Source: an uncultured virus (IMG/VR IMGVR_UViG_3300030673_000009) | Lineage: Duplodnaviria; Heunggongvirae; Uroviricota; Caudoviricetes | DNA length: 64,000 nucleotides | Reading direction: 5' to 3' (one strand) | IMG/VR virus record: IMGVR_UViG_3300030673_000009 | In this document: positions 27,746 to 35,841 of the stretch, in pieces | Layout: every line of letters begins with the position of its first letter | How positions within the stretch are numbered: position 1 is the stretch's first letter | Translations under genes and position numbers: made by a program | Notes under the pieces: generated by a model | The model's input: the letters and a program-made list of their open reading frames with translations, nothing else | What the model was told of the DNA's origin: nothing | The model's database searches: none

Positions 27746-28761
27746 GTTCGATCACGTACTTCTCCTCGGTCTACGGCACCGCGCCGTGGGCCTCGATCAA
27801 GCTCGTCTGGGCGGGCACAGCCACCACATGGCGCGTGTACTCGGGCAACAACCCGACGCCCATCTACACCGGGACAGGCACCAACTACACCTTCACCGGC
27901 ATCCCGAACCAGCGGTACGACTTCCACCTCGAGGGGGACCTGCTCGGGGTGACGTCCGTCAGCCAGATCACCTGCTTCACCAGGTCACTGCCTGCTCCGT
28001 CGAACGTGGTCTACAACGTCGGCACGCACACCCTGTCATGGGATGCGGTGGCCACGGCGGACACGTACGAGATCGCCGACGTGACCGACTCCTACGCGAT
28101 CCTGCACTCCACTGCATCCACATCGCAGTCGATGACGGTCACGGCGGGCACCCGCTACTCAGTGGCAGTGCGAACGGTCGCTGACGGCCAGTACTCCACG
28201 TGGAGCGCTCCGATCACCTTCACCACGCCGGCGCCATCGACAGTGGTGGCAGCCCAGTACGGCATCGTCCCGATCGCCACCCACGTGTGGCAGGCGGGCC
28301 GCTCGGGATCAACCGACCCGGGCTGGCGACCAACCGCTGACGACTGGTTCCACGGCGACGGCCTGGTGTGGGGAGACCTCGCCGGGGTGCAGTCGACGTA
28401 CTTCTTCTACACCGGGACGAACTTCACCGATTTGGCCGGCGCCACGGTGACCGCCTTCGAGGTGTATCTCGAGCGCGGTGGCGGCGACGGCGATCCCGGG
28501 GCGGTGCTGTCCCGATGGATGCTCCACAGCCACGCCACCAAGCCAGCAGGCGAGCCGACCCTCACCGGCGTGAACCACGACAACGGCACTTTCACCCGCG
28601 GCCAGTCCGGCTGGGTGACGCTGCCGAACGCCTGGGCCAACGCGCTGATCGCCGGCACCGCCAAGGGCATCGCCTGGGGCGGGGTGTCCGAGCGCTACCA
28701 GGTGGCCAGGAAGTCAGCCGTGGCCCCGTTCACGGGCTGCCTGAGGATCACGGTGTCCTGA
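27742..28761 (+). CDS. Fibronectin-III domain virion-type protein
   Basis: Two FN3-like units (LPAPSNV...LSWDAV...YSVAVR...WS); C-terminal WVTLP...AKGI domain resembling minor tail proteins. Confidence 0.75.
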   Translation: MSSITYFSSVYGTAPWASIKLVWAGTATTWRVYSGNNPTPIYTGTGTNYTFTGIPNQRYDFHLEGDLLGVTSVSQITCFTRSLPAPSNVVYNVGTHTLSWDAVATADTYEIADVTDSYAILHSTASTSQSMTVTAGTRYSVAVRTVADGQYSTWSAPITFTTPAPSTVVAAQYGIVPIATHVWQAGRSGSTDPGWRPTADDWFHGDGLVWGDLAGVQSTYFFYTGTNFTDLAGATVTAFEVYLERGGGDGDPGAVLSRWMLHSHATKPAGEPTLTGVNHDNGTFTRGQSGWVTLPNAWANALIAGTAKGIAWGGVSERYQVARKSAVAPFTGCLRITVS

Positions 28762-28949
28762 TGGAGATGGTCACCGGGCGCATCAGCCCCACTGGCGGGA
28801 AGGCCGGTCACACGCATGGCCAGATGGTCATGCCCTCGCAGGCCACCGTGGATGCCATCGATGCAGCCACTGATGCAGCCACCCTCCAAGCAGCACTCAT
28901 CGCGTGGTTCGCCGAGAACGGCCTGACCCCTAGTCCGCCGTCCATGTAG
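28761..28949 (+). CDS. Small hypothetical protein
   Basis: TGATG coupling; contains HTH tripeptide GHTHG; followed by hairpin. Confidence 0.55.
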   Translation: MEMVTGRISPTGGKAGHTHGQMVMPSQATVDAIDAATDAATLQAALIAWFAENGLTPSPPSM

Positions 28950-28965
28950 CGACACGCCCAAGTAC

Positions 28966-29003
28966 GCAGCAGCCCGTTCACCTCCGGAGTGAGCGGGCTG
29001 CTG
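28966..29003 (+). terminator. Hairpin terminator
   Basis: GCAGCAGCCCGTTCAC/GTGAGCGGGCTGCTGT. Confidence 0.65.
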
Positions 29004-29145
29004 TGCTCCACCATGAAGGACGTGGCCTAGCACTAGGTAAGAGCGGTGCCGCAATGGGAGTGCCGAAGCAGCCGCCGCCACGCACAACTGAATAGACAGG
29101 CCGCCCCGATGAGAGGGGTGGCTATCGCTGAGCAAGGAGATCTGA

Positions 29146-29553
29146 ATGTTCGACGCACTCGTTATGACCGCTGCACTGGCACTGCCGGCGGATGGGAGTT
29201 CGAGCCGCCATCAGCAGTCATCCCACAGTCAATCCGCACGCTGGATGGACTCCGGGGCGGCAGTCTGGAACCACACTCCAGTGTGGATCAGGAACCTGAG
29301 CCTGTGCATCAGGAAGCACGAGTCGATCCGAGCAGGTCACTACAGGGCGAACAACCGCTCGGGAGCGAGCGGGGCCTATCAGTTCATGCCGAGCACGTGG
29401 AGGGGCAATGCGCTCTACACGCCCGGCGCCAGGAAGTACGCGTACGGCAGGCCCTCATCGGCACCAGCTGCCGTGCAGGATGCCGTGTTCATCCATGCGA
29501 TCCAGCACGGCGGGATCCATGCGTGGCACGGCACCTGGTGCTCCGGCACCTAG
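29146..29553 (+). CDS. Secreted Rpf-like/lysozyme-fold lytic transglycosylase
   Basis: Hydrophobic N-terminus; CIRKHES (catalytic Glu), ASGAYQFMPSTW, Q-D, final W...C. Confidence 0.85.
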   Translation: MFDALVMTAALALPADGSSSRHQQSSHSQSARWMDSGAAVWNHTPVWIRNLSLCIRKHESIRAGHYRANNRSGASGAYQFMPSTWRGNALYTPGARKYAYGRPSSAPAAVQDAVFIHAIQHGGIHAWHGTWCSGT

Positions 29554-29634
29554 ATGATCGGAGGGCGGGGTCGAGGGTGAGTGATCACCTCGGCCCCGCC
29601 TTCTCATTTCCTACACCAACACAAGGAGATCTTG

Positions 29635-29985
29635 ATGGAATCAACCGCCGCCATCTTGAAGAAGATGAACGAGATGTGGATCCTGCTCGAGCAGGCCAAC
29701 AACGACATAGGCGTGTACGACGAGGACTTCGTCCGCAAGCGAATCGAGTGGAAGAAGATGTACGCCCGCACGTTCATGAGCGAGTCAGGCTCGATGGACC
29801 TGCGCCGCCAGCAGGCAACACTCGACTGCATCGACGCCGAGCTGGACATGGACCTTGCCGAGATGCGGGTGCGTACGTGCAAGGAGCGCATCCGGATGCT
29901 GGGCCAGCAGCTGGAGATCCTGCGGAGCATGAACGCTGCTGCCCAGCGTCAGTTCATGACCGAGCCGATTGGTCAATACACATGA
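29635..29985 (+). CDS. Helical coiled-coil protein (possibly UvsY-like)
   Basis: AAGGAG RBS; long amphipathic helices. Confidence 0.6.
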   Translation: MESTAAILKKMNEMWILLEQANNDIGVYDEDFVRKRIEWKKMYARTFMSESGSMDLRRQQATLDCIDAELDMDLAEMRVRTCKERIRMLGQQLEILRSMNAAAQRQFMTEPIGQYT

Positions 29986-30242
29986 CCCACTGCCCGCTCT
30001 GCGAAGAGTTCATCGGCCCAGACGACGAGACCAGTCCGATCACCGTCATGGATCCCGTGCTGGGGGTGACGGCTCGCAGAATGCACCGCGAGTGTGCTCT
30101 GCGCAATGTCATCGGTGGCATCGGCCACCTGACGGACCACTACCTGTGGTGCACGATCAACAAGGACCCTGACGGTGGCATGACCTATCGGGCCAGCGCC
30201 ATCTTGGTCGACAAGTGGGTCCGGGAGAGGGGCGTGTCATGA
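29982..30242 (+). CDS. Small Zn-binding hypothetical protein
   Basis: CPLC...HREC; coupled. Confidence 0.65.
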   Translation: MTHCPLCEEFIGPDDETSPITVMDPVLGVTARRMHRECALRNVIGGIGHLTDHYLWCTINKDPDGGMTYRASAILVDKWVRERGVS

Positions 30243-30481
30243 CCAACCCCTATGTCGCCAAGACCGTGCCTCAGCGGTTCATCGTTGACCTGCTGACCTT
30301 CCTCGACGTCGACATCACCAATGTCGCCCGCATCGAGGTCGACTATCGGGCCGTGCGCGTCACCGTGTACAGCAAGGACGAGTTCGACCGCCTGTTCGTC
30401 GGCATCGACGGCATGGCGGCCGTGCAGACCAACGAGTACCCGCTGCAGCTGTGGGACGACTACATGAAGGAGACCGAGTGA
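30239..30481 (+). CDS. Hypothetical protein
   Basis: ATGA coupling. Confidence 0.65.
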   Translation: MTNPYVAKTVPQRFIVDLLTFLDVDITNVARIEVDYRAVRVTVYSKDEFDRLFVGIDGMAAVQTNEYPLQLWDDYMKETE

Positions 30482-30636
30482 TGAAGCCACGAACGTACGT
30501 AGCAGAGTTCAAGGACGACCTCGGTGAGCCCTGGCAGGTGCTCACCATCGTCTACGAGGACACCATCCATCAGGCGGTGCGCCGCCGTGAGTGGGAGACG
30601 TGGAGCGTCCCGCTGGAAGCGGAGCCACGGCCATGA
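30481..30636 (+). CDS. Hypothetical protein
   Basis: TGATG coupling, AGGAGACC RBS. Confidence 0.6.
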   Translation: MKPRTYVAEFKDDLGEPWQVLTIVYEDTIHQAVRRREWETWSVPLEAEPRP

Positions 30637-30776
30637 CCGAGAAGATCCGGTGCTCCTGCGAGCACGCCTACCACCAGGGCAAGCCGTGCCCGAACGAGGT
30701 CACGCGCTGGCTGAACGAGGAGATGGCCGACCGGCCCGTGTGCACGCCTTGCGGGATCGGGAGGTACTGCCGATGA
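30633..30776 (+). CDS. Small Cys/His-rich protein
   Basis: CSCEH...C...CTPC. Confidence 0.6.
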   Translation: MTEKIRCSCEHAYHQGKPCPNEVTRWLNEEMADRPVCTPCGIGRYCR

Positions 30777-30828
30777 CCGACATTCCGCGGTGGGACGTAG
30801 CCAAGATCAACTACGGGAAGGGATCGGT

Positions 30829-31113
30829 ATGAGTGACAAGGGTATGCAGCCGTGGGCTGACCAATTCGGGCCAGTTCCGTATGACATTCATATTGCCGCC
30901 GTCGCGGAAGCCGAGCAGCGGGGCTACGAGAACGGGCAAGTCATCCACCGATACCGGCTGGAGAACTACACAGACGGCATCAAGACTGCCCGTGACGCGG
31001 TGGTCGAAGTGTCGCAGCACGACCACCCCGACATTGACCCGCTGGAGTTCAGCACGCCGTTCGACTACGCGAAGGCGATCTGTGAAGCCGCTATCGACGG
31101 GGTGAAGCCATGA
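30829..31113 (+). CDS. Hypothetical protein
   Basis: ATGA coupling. Confidence 0.6.
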   Translation: MSDKGMQPWADQFGPVPYDIHIAAVAEAEQRGYENGQVIHRYRLENYTDGIKTARDAVVEVSQHDHPDIDPLEFSTPFDYAKAICEAAIDGVKP

Positions 31114-31292
31114 AAGAGGGCGACCTCGTGCGTGTGGAGAAGGGCAGGCGCACGGGCGTCATCGTCAACTGCCCCGACGTAAAGGACGGTCAGGTGTGCG
31201 TTCGGCTGAACGGCAAGCGTCTGCCGTTGGCCCACCGCCACTACCGGGTGGAGAACGTGCAACCCAGCGACGAAGGTAGGAACACAGAATGA
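31110..31292 (+). CDS. Small SH3/KOW-like protein
   Basis: MKEGDLVRV...TGVIV...VCVRL. Confidence 0.6.
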   Translation: MKEGDLVRVEKGRRTGVIVNCPDVKDGQVCVRLNGKRLPLAHRHYRVENVQPSDEGRNTE

Positions 31293-31621
31293 GCCACTTC
31301 TTCGGACCCGACATAACTGCACGACAGGGCGGCAAGACGAAGGCCATGATCGAGGCCGCCTATGAGCAGGGAAAGATCGATGCCCGAGAGCAGGCTGCCG
31401 TCGCCATGGCCGTGATCATCGACAAGGCCCTCGCCGACCCATGGACCGTGACCGTCGGTCTCGAGGTCGTCCAAGAGCTCTGGGATGTCGTACGGGTCAA
31501 GTCAGCCCCGACGAACGAGGATCAGCACGAGGATGACGGCAATCATGATGGTGTCGGCGATGAGCAGGATCTGGTTCATCCCTCCACCATCCTCCCTCCG
31601 GCCGAGGAAGGGAAGCCATGA
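31289..31621 (+). CDS. Hypothetical protein with isolated RQGGKT motif
   Basis: ATGA coupling at both ends. Confidence 0.6.
   Translation: MSHFFGPDITARQGGKTKAMIEAAYEQGKIDAREQAAVAMAVIIDKALADPWTVTVGLEVVQELWDVVRVKSAPTNEDQHEDDGNHDGVGDEQDLVHPSTILPPAEEGKP
31502..31579 (-). CDS. 25-aa hydrophobic membrane peptide (antisense, nested)
   Basis: Own translation MNQILLIADTIMIAVILVLILVRRG; GGAGG upstream. Confidence 0.5.
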   Translation of the reverse strand: MNQILLIADTIMIAVILVLILVRRG

Positions 31622-31773
31622 GGCACTCGTTCAACGACGAGGGCCGGTGCGTGTTCTGCGACATGCGCTGGCACAGGGCGGTGGGCACCGAGTGCTCAGC
31701 GTTCCCCACCGACCGTGACATAGCGAAGCCCGCCTCCGAGGCAGGAGACGGGCATCGAGTCGAGCAGTCCTAG
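31618..31773 (+). CDS. Small hypothetical protein
   Basis: Own translation MRHSFNDEGRCVFCD...; ATGA coupling. Confidence 0.45.
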   Translation: MRHSFNDEGRCVFCDMRWHRAVGTECSAFPTDRDIAKPASEAGDGHRVEQS

Positions 31774-32180
31774 CCGAGGGAGTTGAGCTGGTCCACCTCG
31801 GACTGGATGGAGGCCACGGCAGCGGTCTGGGCGCTGGCCTGAGCAGCAAGCTCAGCCTGGGCCGCAGTGAGCGCGTCCGTGAGTGCGGCGATCTGCGCCT
31901 GGAAGTCGGCGTCCTCGGTGGCGTCCGCGGCATTCGCGGCGTCGAGGGCGTCCTGAGCGGCCTGTGCGGCGGCCTGAGCGTTCGCAGCGACGGCCGTGGT
32001 GGCCGTGAGTACGTCGACGATGCGGTTCACAGCAGCCGTGAGGGCGGCGGTGACCTCTTCGAGAGTTGCCATGCGGTTCTCCAGTCTCGTGAGTATGTCG
32101 TTGGTATGCATCTGGGCGTGGTAGATCAGGTCCAGCTTGTGCTCGATGTCTTTCATCGACCGCCCTTTCAGGAAGATCAT
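31770..32180 (-). CDS. Ala-rich coiled-coil protein on the opposite strand
   Basis: GAGGAGG RBS; long Ala/Gln heptads. Confidence 0.75.
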   Translation of the reverse strand: MIFLKGRSMKDIEHKLDLIYHAQMHTNDILTRLENRMATLEEVTAALTAAVNRIVDVLTATTAVAANAQAAAQAAQDALDAANAADATEDADFQAQIAALTDALTAAQAELAAQASAQTAAVASIQSEVDQLNSLG

Positions 32181-32239
32181 GTGAGCCTCCTCAAGGCACA
32201 GAGTAACCCGTCAGCACGACAACCAACAGGAAGGAAGAG

Positions 32240-32434
32240 ATGACGCCTAAGGGAACGTCCGGCCGGTCCCGCGAGGACCTGCTGAGGGACTACAACGAGC
32301 TGTGGGACCGGCACAGGGGGAACACCCTCGTGGCCGCCGAGCTGCTCGGCATGACCAGGGCCGCCCTCGAGCGGGCCATCTACCGGGCCAGAGCGACCGG
32401 CTTCACCGTACGCACCTCAGGAACCCGGTACTGA
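32240..32434 (+). CDS. Small HTH protein
   Basis: AAELLGMTRAALERAIYRAR. Confidence 0.7.
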   Translation: MTPKGTSGRSREDLLRDYNELWDRHRGNTLVAAELLGMTRAALERAIYRARATGFTVRTSGTRY

Positions 32435-32435
32435 G

Positions 32436-32555
32436 GTGACCGCAGAGTCCGCAACATTCGCCGAGGGAGCCATGGCAATCGGTGTCCTATGGGGTGCCAC
32501 AGCCGTGGTCGCCGTCGGCTACGCGATATGGAGGAAGGTCCGCAATGAGAAATGA
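32436..32555 (+). CDS. Small single-TM peptide
   Basis: Own translation ...MAIGVLWGATAVVAVGYAIWRKVRNEK; start either 32436 or 32472. Confidence 0.55.
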   Translation: MTAESATFAEGAMAIGVLWGATAVVAVGYAIWRKVRNEK

Positions 32556-32670
32556 CTGCCCGCACATCAGGGTCTACCTGATCCGCGGGGCGAATGGCAT
32601 CAACTACACCCGCTGCAAGGACTGCGGCGAGGACAACGCTTGGGAGAAGAAGGAGACCACCAATGCCTAA
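32545..32670 (+). CDS. Small Zn-ribbon-like protein
   Basis: CPH...CKDCG. Confidence 0.55.
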   Translation: MRNDCPHIRVYLIRGANGINYTRCKDCGEDNAWEKKETTNA

Positions 32671-32959
32671 GGACGTGACCGGTACCGCCTACCTCGTCAT
32701 CGAGGGGGAGCGCTACCGCTACGGAATGACCGATCCGACCACCGGCCTGAAGACGGTGAGCAAGGCCAAGATCGTCGCTGTGCGACAGTCACGGCCCAAG
32801 GTGCTCGAGCTGGACCAGATCGCCATCAAGGTGACCATCCAGCTGCCGAGCGCTGCGTTCGACCCCATCGCTCCACAGGCCCTGATTGTGGTGCCCACGG
32901 AGATGATCATCAGCGGCGAGGAGATCGTCGTGGAGGCCGTGGAGGAGATCCATGAATGA
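32663..32959 (+). CDS. Hypothetical protein
   Basis: AGGAGACC RBS. Confidence 0.7.
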   Translation: MPKDVTGTAYLVIEGERYRYGMTDPTTGLKTVSKAKIVAVRQSRPKVLELDQIAIKVTIQLPSAAFDPIAPQALIVVPTEMIISGEEIVVEAVEEIHE

Positions 32960-33254
32960 GCGCCCATTCTTCGACGCCATCCACCGCATGACGACGGAGT
33001 ACGTCCGCCGCATGCGCGAGCAGTACATGGAGGCCCAGCCGATCGGGTGGATCGTCATCACCCCGGCCCAGCGGATGGCCCTGATCAGCCAGGCGCCTCC
33101 CGGCATCGACCAGGAGCTGCTGCGGCGAAGCACCGGGGCCTTCGGGTCGATGTTCGGAGTGCCCCTGCACATGGCCTCCCGTGAGGCCAAGCTCGACCAG
33201 TGGCTCTACGGCACCTTCACCGTGGACATGCGGGAGGTGGGCGTCCATGGATGA
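32952..33254 (+). CDS. Hypothetical protein
   Basis: GGAG RBS, operon position. Confidence 0.65.
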   Translation: MNERPFFDAIHRMTTEYVRRMREQYMEAQPIGWIVITPAQRMALISQAPPGIDQELLRRSTGAFGSMFGVPLHMASREAKLDQWLYGTFTVDMREVGVHG

Positions 33255-33606
33255 GGACACGAACGCCGCCATCCACATGAAGGTCATCTCGGCCTACTGC
33301 AAGATCTGCCGCTGGGAGACCAGGATGCACATGCCGACGGGCAGCATGTTCCCCGGCATGGCCGGGAATATGGACGCCGCCGGACAGCGCATGGTCGACG
33401 ACGCCGTGGCCGTGCACCTGCGCAACGAGCACGGCCTGATGAGCGTGCTCCAGCACACATGGGAGTTGAACCAGCAGGCCGACAGGTCCTTCAAGGAGGG
33501 CATGCGGGAGGGCGAGTCGAAGACGGAGTCAGCGCTGCGCAAGGTGGTCCTGCAGGCCATGCGGGATGCCATGGCACCGGTCCTCGACTCGGACGACCTC
33601 GATTGA
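33247..33606 (+). CDS. Hypothetical protein (C2H2-like ligands)
   Basis: CKIC...HLRNEH. Confidence 0.65.
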   Translation: MDEDTNAAIHMKVISAYCKICRWETRMHMPTGSMFPGMAGNMDAAGQRMVDDAVAVHLRNEHGLMSVLQHTWELNQQADRSFKEGMREGESKTESALRKVVLQAMRDAMAPVLDSDDLD

Positions 33607-33986
33607 GCCCGGCGACGCACGACATGGTCTTCGGGATCAGCACCGGGGTCGTTCTCGCACTCGTCATCCTGGTGGTCATCTTCAGGTCTGTGGAGGGCGA
33701 GTGGTTCTGGGCGGAGTGGCGACGCTACTTCCGCCACAAGCGGGAGGCCCAGATCGCTGAGGCCCGCCGTCACATCCTGACCCTCGAGCATGAGCTGGGC
33801 CTGCTGCCCCACGCCAGGGATGCCGGCTACTGCAGCGAGTGCTCACGCATCGCAGACCGGGAAGTCGCACTTGAGCAGATGGTCAAGGACTCGTGGAACC
33901 CAGCCATCAAGACCAGGAGGGTCGGGCACATCGTCGACATCTACCCACCGTACCCAACAGCCAAGCCAGGAAAGGAGTGGCGATGA
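33603..33986 (+). CDS. Membrane-anchored hypothetical protein
   Basis: N-terminal TM GVVLALVILVVIF; start uncertain. Confidence 0.6.
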   Translation: MSPATHDMVFGISTGVVLALVILVVIFRSVEGEWFWAEWRRYFRHKREAQIAEARRHILTLEHELGLLPHARDAGYCSECSRIADREVALEQMVKDSWNPAIKTRRVGHIVDIYPPYPTAKPGKEWR

Positions 33987-34435
33987 GCGAGTTCATCATC
34001 CTCGGGCAGTGCATCCACTGCCTGGTGGTGCACGGGCCGTTCAGCACGGACAGGCAGCGCAACCAGTTCTATGACGTCGCCCACCCGCCAAAGTGCGTCG
34101 GGGAGAAGCAGGTCCCCAAGCATCTTCGGGGGAAGATCGCCAGGTCGGCCAGCGCGTCACCGGCCGCCACGGTAATCGAGGTGAGCGGGCATAGGACTGT
34201 CACCCCGGCCAGCACCGAGCGCACCTATGCCAAGGGCGACTCCAGTCCGGCCTTCCCGTCGAAGTGGGCAGGCAGCTGCTACCACTGCGGCTTCAAGTAC
34301 TACGAGGGCGACTTCATCAAGATGGTCACCGTCAAGGACGGCGAGAAGGGCAAGCCTGTTCACGAGGACTGCGCTGACGAGCTCGTGGCCTCCCTGTGGG
34401 GCAAGCAGATCCAGTCCGATGAGCCCCCATTCTGA
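33983..34435 (+). CDS. Zn-binding hypothetical protein
   Basis: CIHC; CYHC...HEDC. Confidence 0.65.
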   Translation: MSEFIILGQCIHCLVVHGPFSTDRQRNQFYDVAHPPKCVGEKQVPKHLRGKIARSASASPAATVIEVSGHRTVTPASTERTYAKGDSSPAFPSKWAGSCYHCGFKYYEGDFIKMVTVKDGEKGKPVHEDCADELVASLWGKQIQSDEPPF

Positions 34436-34701
34436 TGAGGTTCCGCAGCAAGAAGCAGCAGAAGATCTACGACGAGGACCGGCGAAGGATAGTCCGCGAC
34501 ATGCTGGCGACCTACCCGATCTGCGTACGCTGCTGGCGGGCCCCGTCAGTGGACGTGCACGAGCGCAAGAGCCGAGCACGTGGCGGTTCCATCACCGACG
34601 TGAGCAATCTGGTGTGCCTGTGCCGGGTCTGCCACGACGTCATCACCACCAACCCAGCCATGGCACAAGCCGAGGGCTGGTCCATCCACAGTTGGGAGTA
34701 A
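34435..34701 (+). CDS. HNH endonuclease
   Basis: CVRC...DVHE...RGGS...SNLVCLCRVCH. Confidence 0.88.
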   Translation: MRFRSKKQQKIYDEDRRRIVRDMLATYPICVRCWRAPSVDVHERKSRARGGSITDVSNLVCLCRVCHDVITTNPAMAQAEGWSIHSWE

Positions 34702-34704
34702 GTA

Positions 34705-34962
34705 ATGAACGAGGAACGAACGCAGCGCCACTACACATTCTCTGAGGCGCTGATCCTGCTCAAGCAGGGGAAGAGGTTGACCCGCACAGGTTGGAACGGA
34801 GCAGGTCAGTGGATCTCACTCCAGACACCCGACAACAACTCCAAGATGTCCCTGCCCTACATCTACATGCAGACCGCCCAAGGCGACCTCGTCCCCTGGC
34901 TCGCTAGTCAGACGGACCTGCTGGCCGAGGACTGGGACTTCGCCACTATGGAGACCTCATGA
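34705..34962 (+). CDS. DUF2829/Tad2-like anti-Thoeris sponge protein
   Basis: FSEAL..LKQGKRLTRTGWNG...PYIYM...VPWLASQTDLLAEDW. Confidence 0.85.
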   Translation: MNEERTQRHYTFSEALILLKQGKRLTRTGWNGAGQWISLQTPDNNSKMSLPYIYMQTAQGDLVPWLASQTDLLAEDWDFATMETS

Positions 34963-35171
34963 CATTCACGCCTGACCTGAATCACCGGTTCGTGTACCAC
35001 GCACCGGACGAAGAGAAGAAGCTCCTGCACGAGGCAACTCGACGGGAGTGCCTGACACTGGCGCACTTCTTTGACGGATCCCTGCCCGACGGCCGGGAGA
35101 AGGCCCTGGCGATCACCAAGCTGGAAGAGGCGATGTTCTGGGCCAATGCCGCGATCGCGAGGCACCGATGA
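34959..35171 (+). CDS. Tad1/Acb2-type helical-hairpin protein (putative nucleotide-signal sponge)
   Basis: RFVYH-x-P...REKALAITKLEEAMFWANAAIAR. Confidence 0.7.
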   Translation: MTFTPDLNHRFVYHAPDEEKKLLHEATRRECLTLAHFFDGSLPDGREKALAITKLEEAMFWANAAIARHR

Positions 35172-35350
35172 CGCCGGCGGAGATGTCGAAGTTGCTGTTC
35201 TGCGCCCGTGAGGAGATGTCCATGTGGGCTGACGTCGTGGAGATCCGCACTGGCGAGAGGCCCGAGCACACACTCGGCCTGATCAGCCAGATCGACGCCT
35301 ACCGGGCCGAGCAGGGTTGGTCGCCGGACGGCTTCGGGGGCGAGTCATGA
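35168..35350 (+). CDS. Hypothetical protein
   Basis: ATGA coupling at both ends. Confidence 0.65.
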   Translation: MTPAEMSKLLFCAREEMSMWADVVEIRTGERPEHTLGLISQIDAYRAEQGWSPDGFGGES

Positions 35351-35841
35351 TCCGCGAAGCCTGCGCGTGCGGCGCCACGTTCCTGGCCGACTTCTCCGAG
35401 TTCAAGGGAGCGACATCCACCAGGGAGTGCGATGCGGCCGAGGCATGGCGCAAGGACCACAAGCACAGGGCCACGGCTCAGGAGGCGCTGGCTGCCCTGC
35501 CGGCCGACTGGAAGCCGCTAAGCCAGCGTGAGGGCTCTGGGTCGGTCAGCAGCATCCACGACCCGGACATGTACGCCCTCAACAAGGACTACATCCTCAA
35601 CGGCGATCTCGATCCTGTGTGGATCGGGGCCACTGGCCAGCCGGAGTACTTCGCCACATGGGCCAGGTACCAGGGCTCGCTCAACCGGGAGCAGGACCTT
35701 CCGCAGCACTCGCACTACGCCGCGGGCGTGGACTACCTCATCAACCAGGAGGGCAAGCCTGTGTGGATCAGCAAGGACTGGGAGGAGCCGGACGACTTCA
35801 AGGCGTGGGCCGGCATGTACGTCGGGGTGAACCGCATATGA
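35347..35841 (+). CDS. Hypothetical protein with internal duplication
   Basis: DYILNGDLDPVWI / DYLINQEGKPVWI. Confidence 0.65.
   Translation: MIREACACGATFLADFSEFKGATSTRECDAAEAWRKDHKHRATAQEALAALPADWKPLSQREGSGSVSSIHDPDMYALNKDYILNGDLDPVWIGATGQPEYFATWARYQGSLNREQDLPQHSHYAAGVDYLINQEGKPVWISKDWEEPDDFKAWAGMYVGVNRI

Noticed and set aside
29004..29145. c-di-AMP (ydaO) riboswitch upstream of the Rpf-like gene
   Set aside because: Only CTGAAT resembles it; the other conserved elements of that riboswitch are missing
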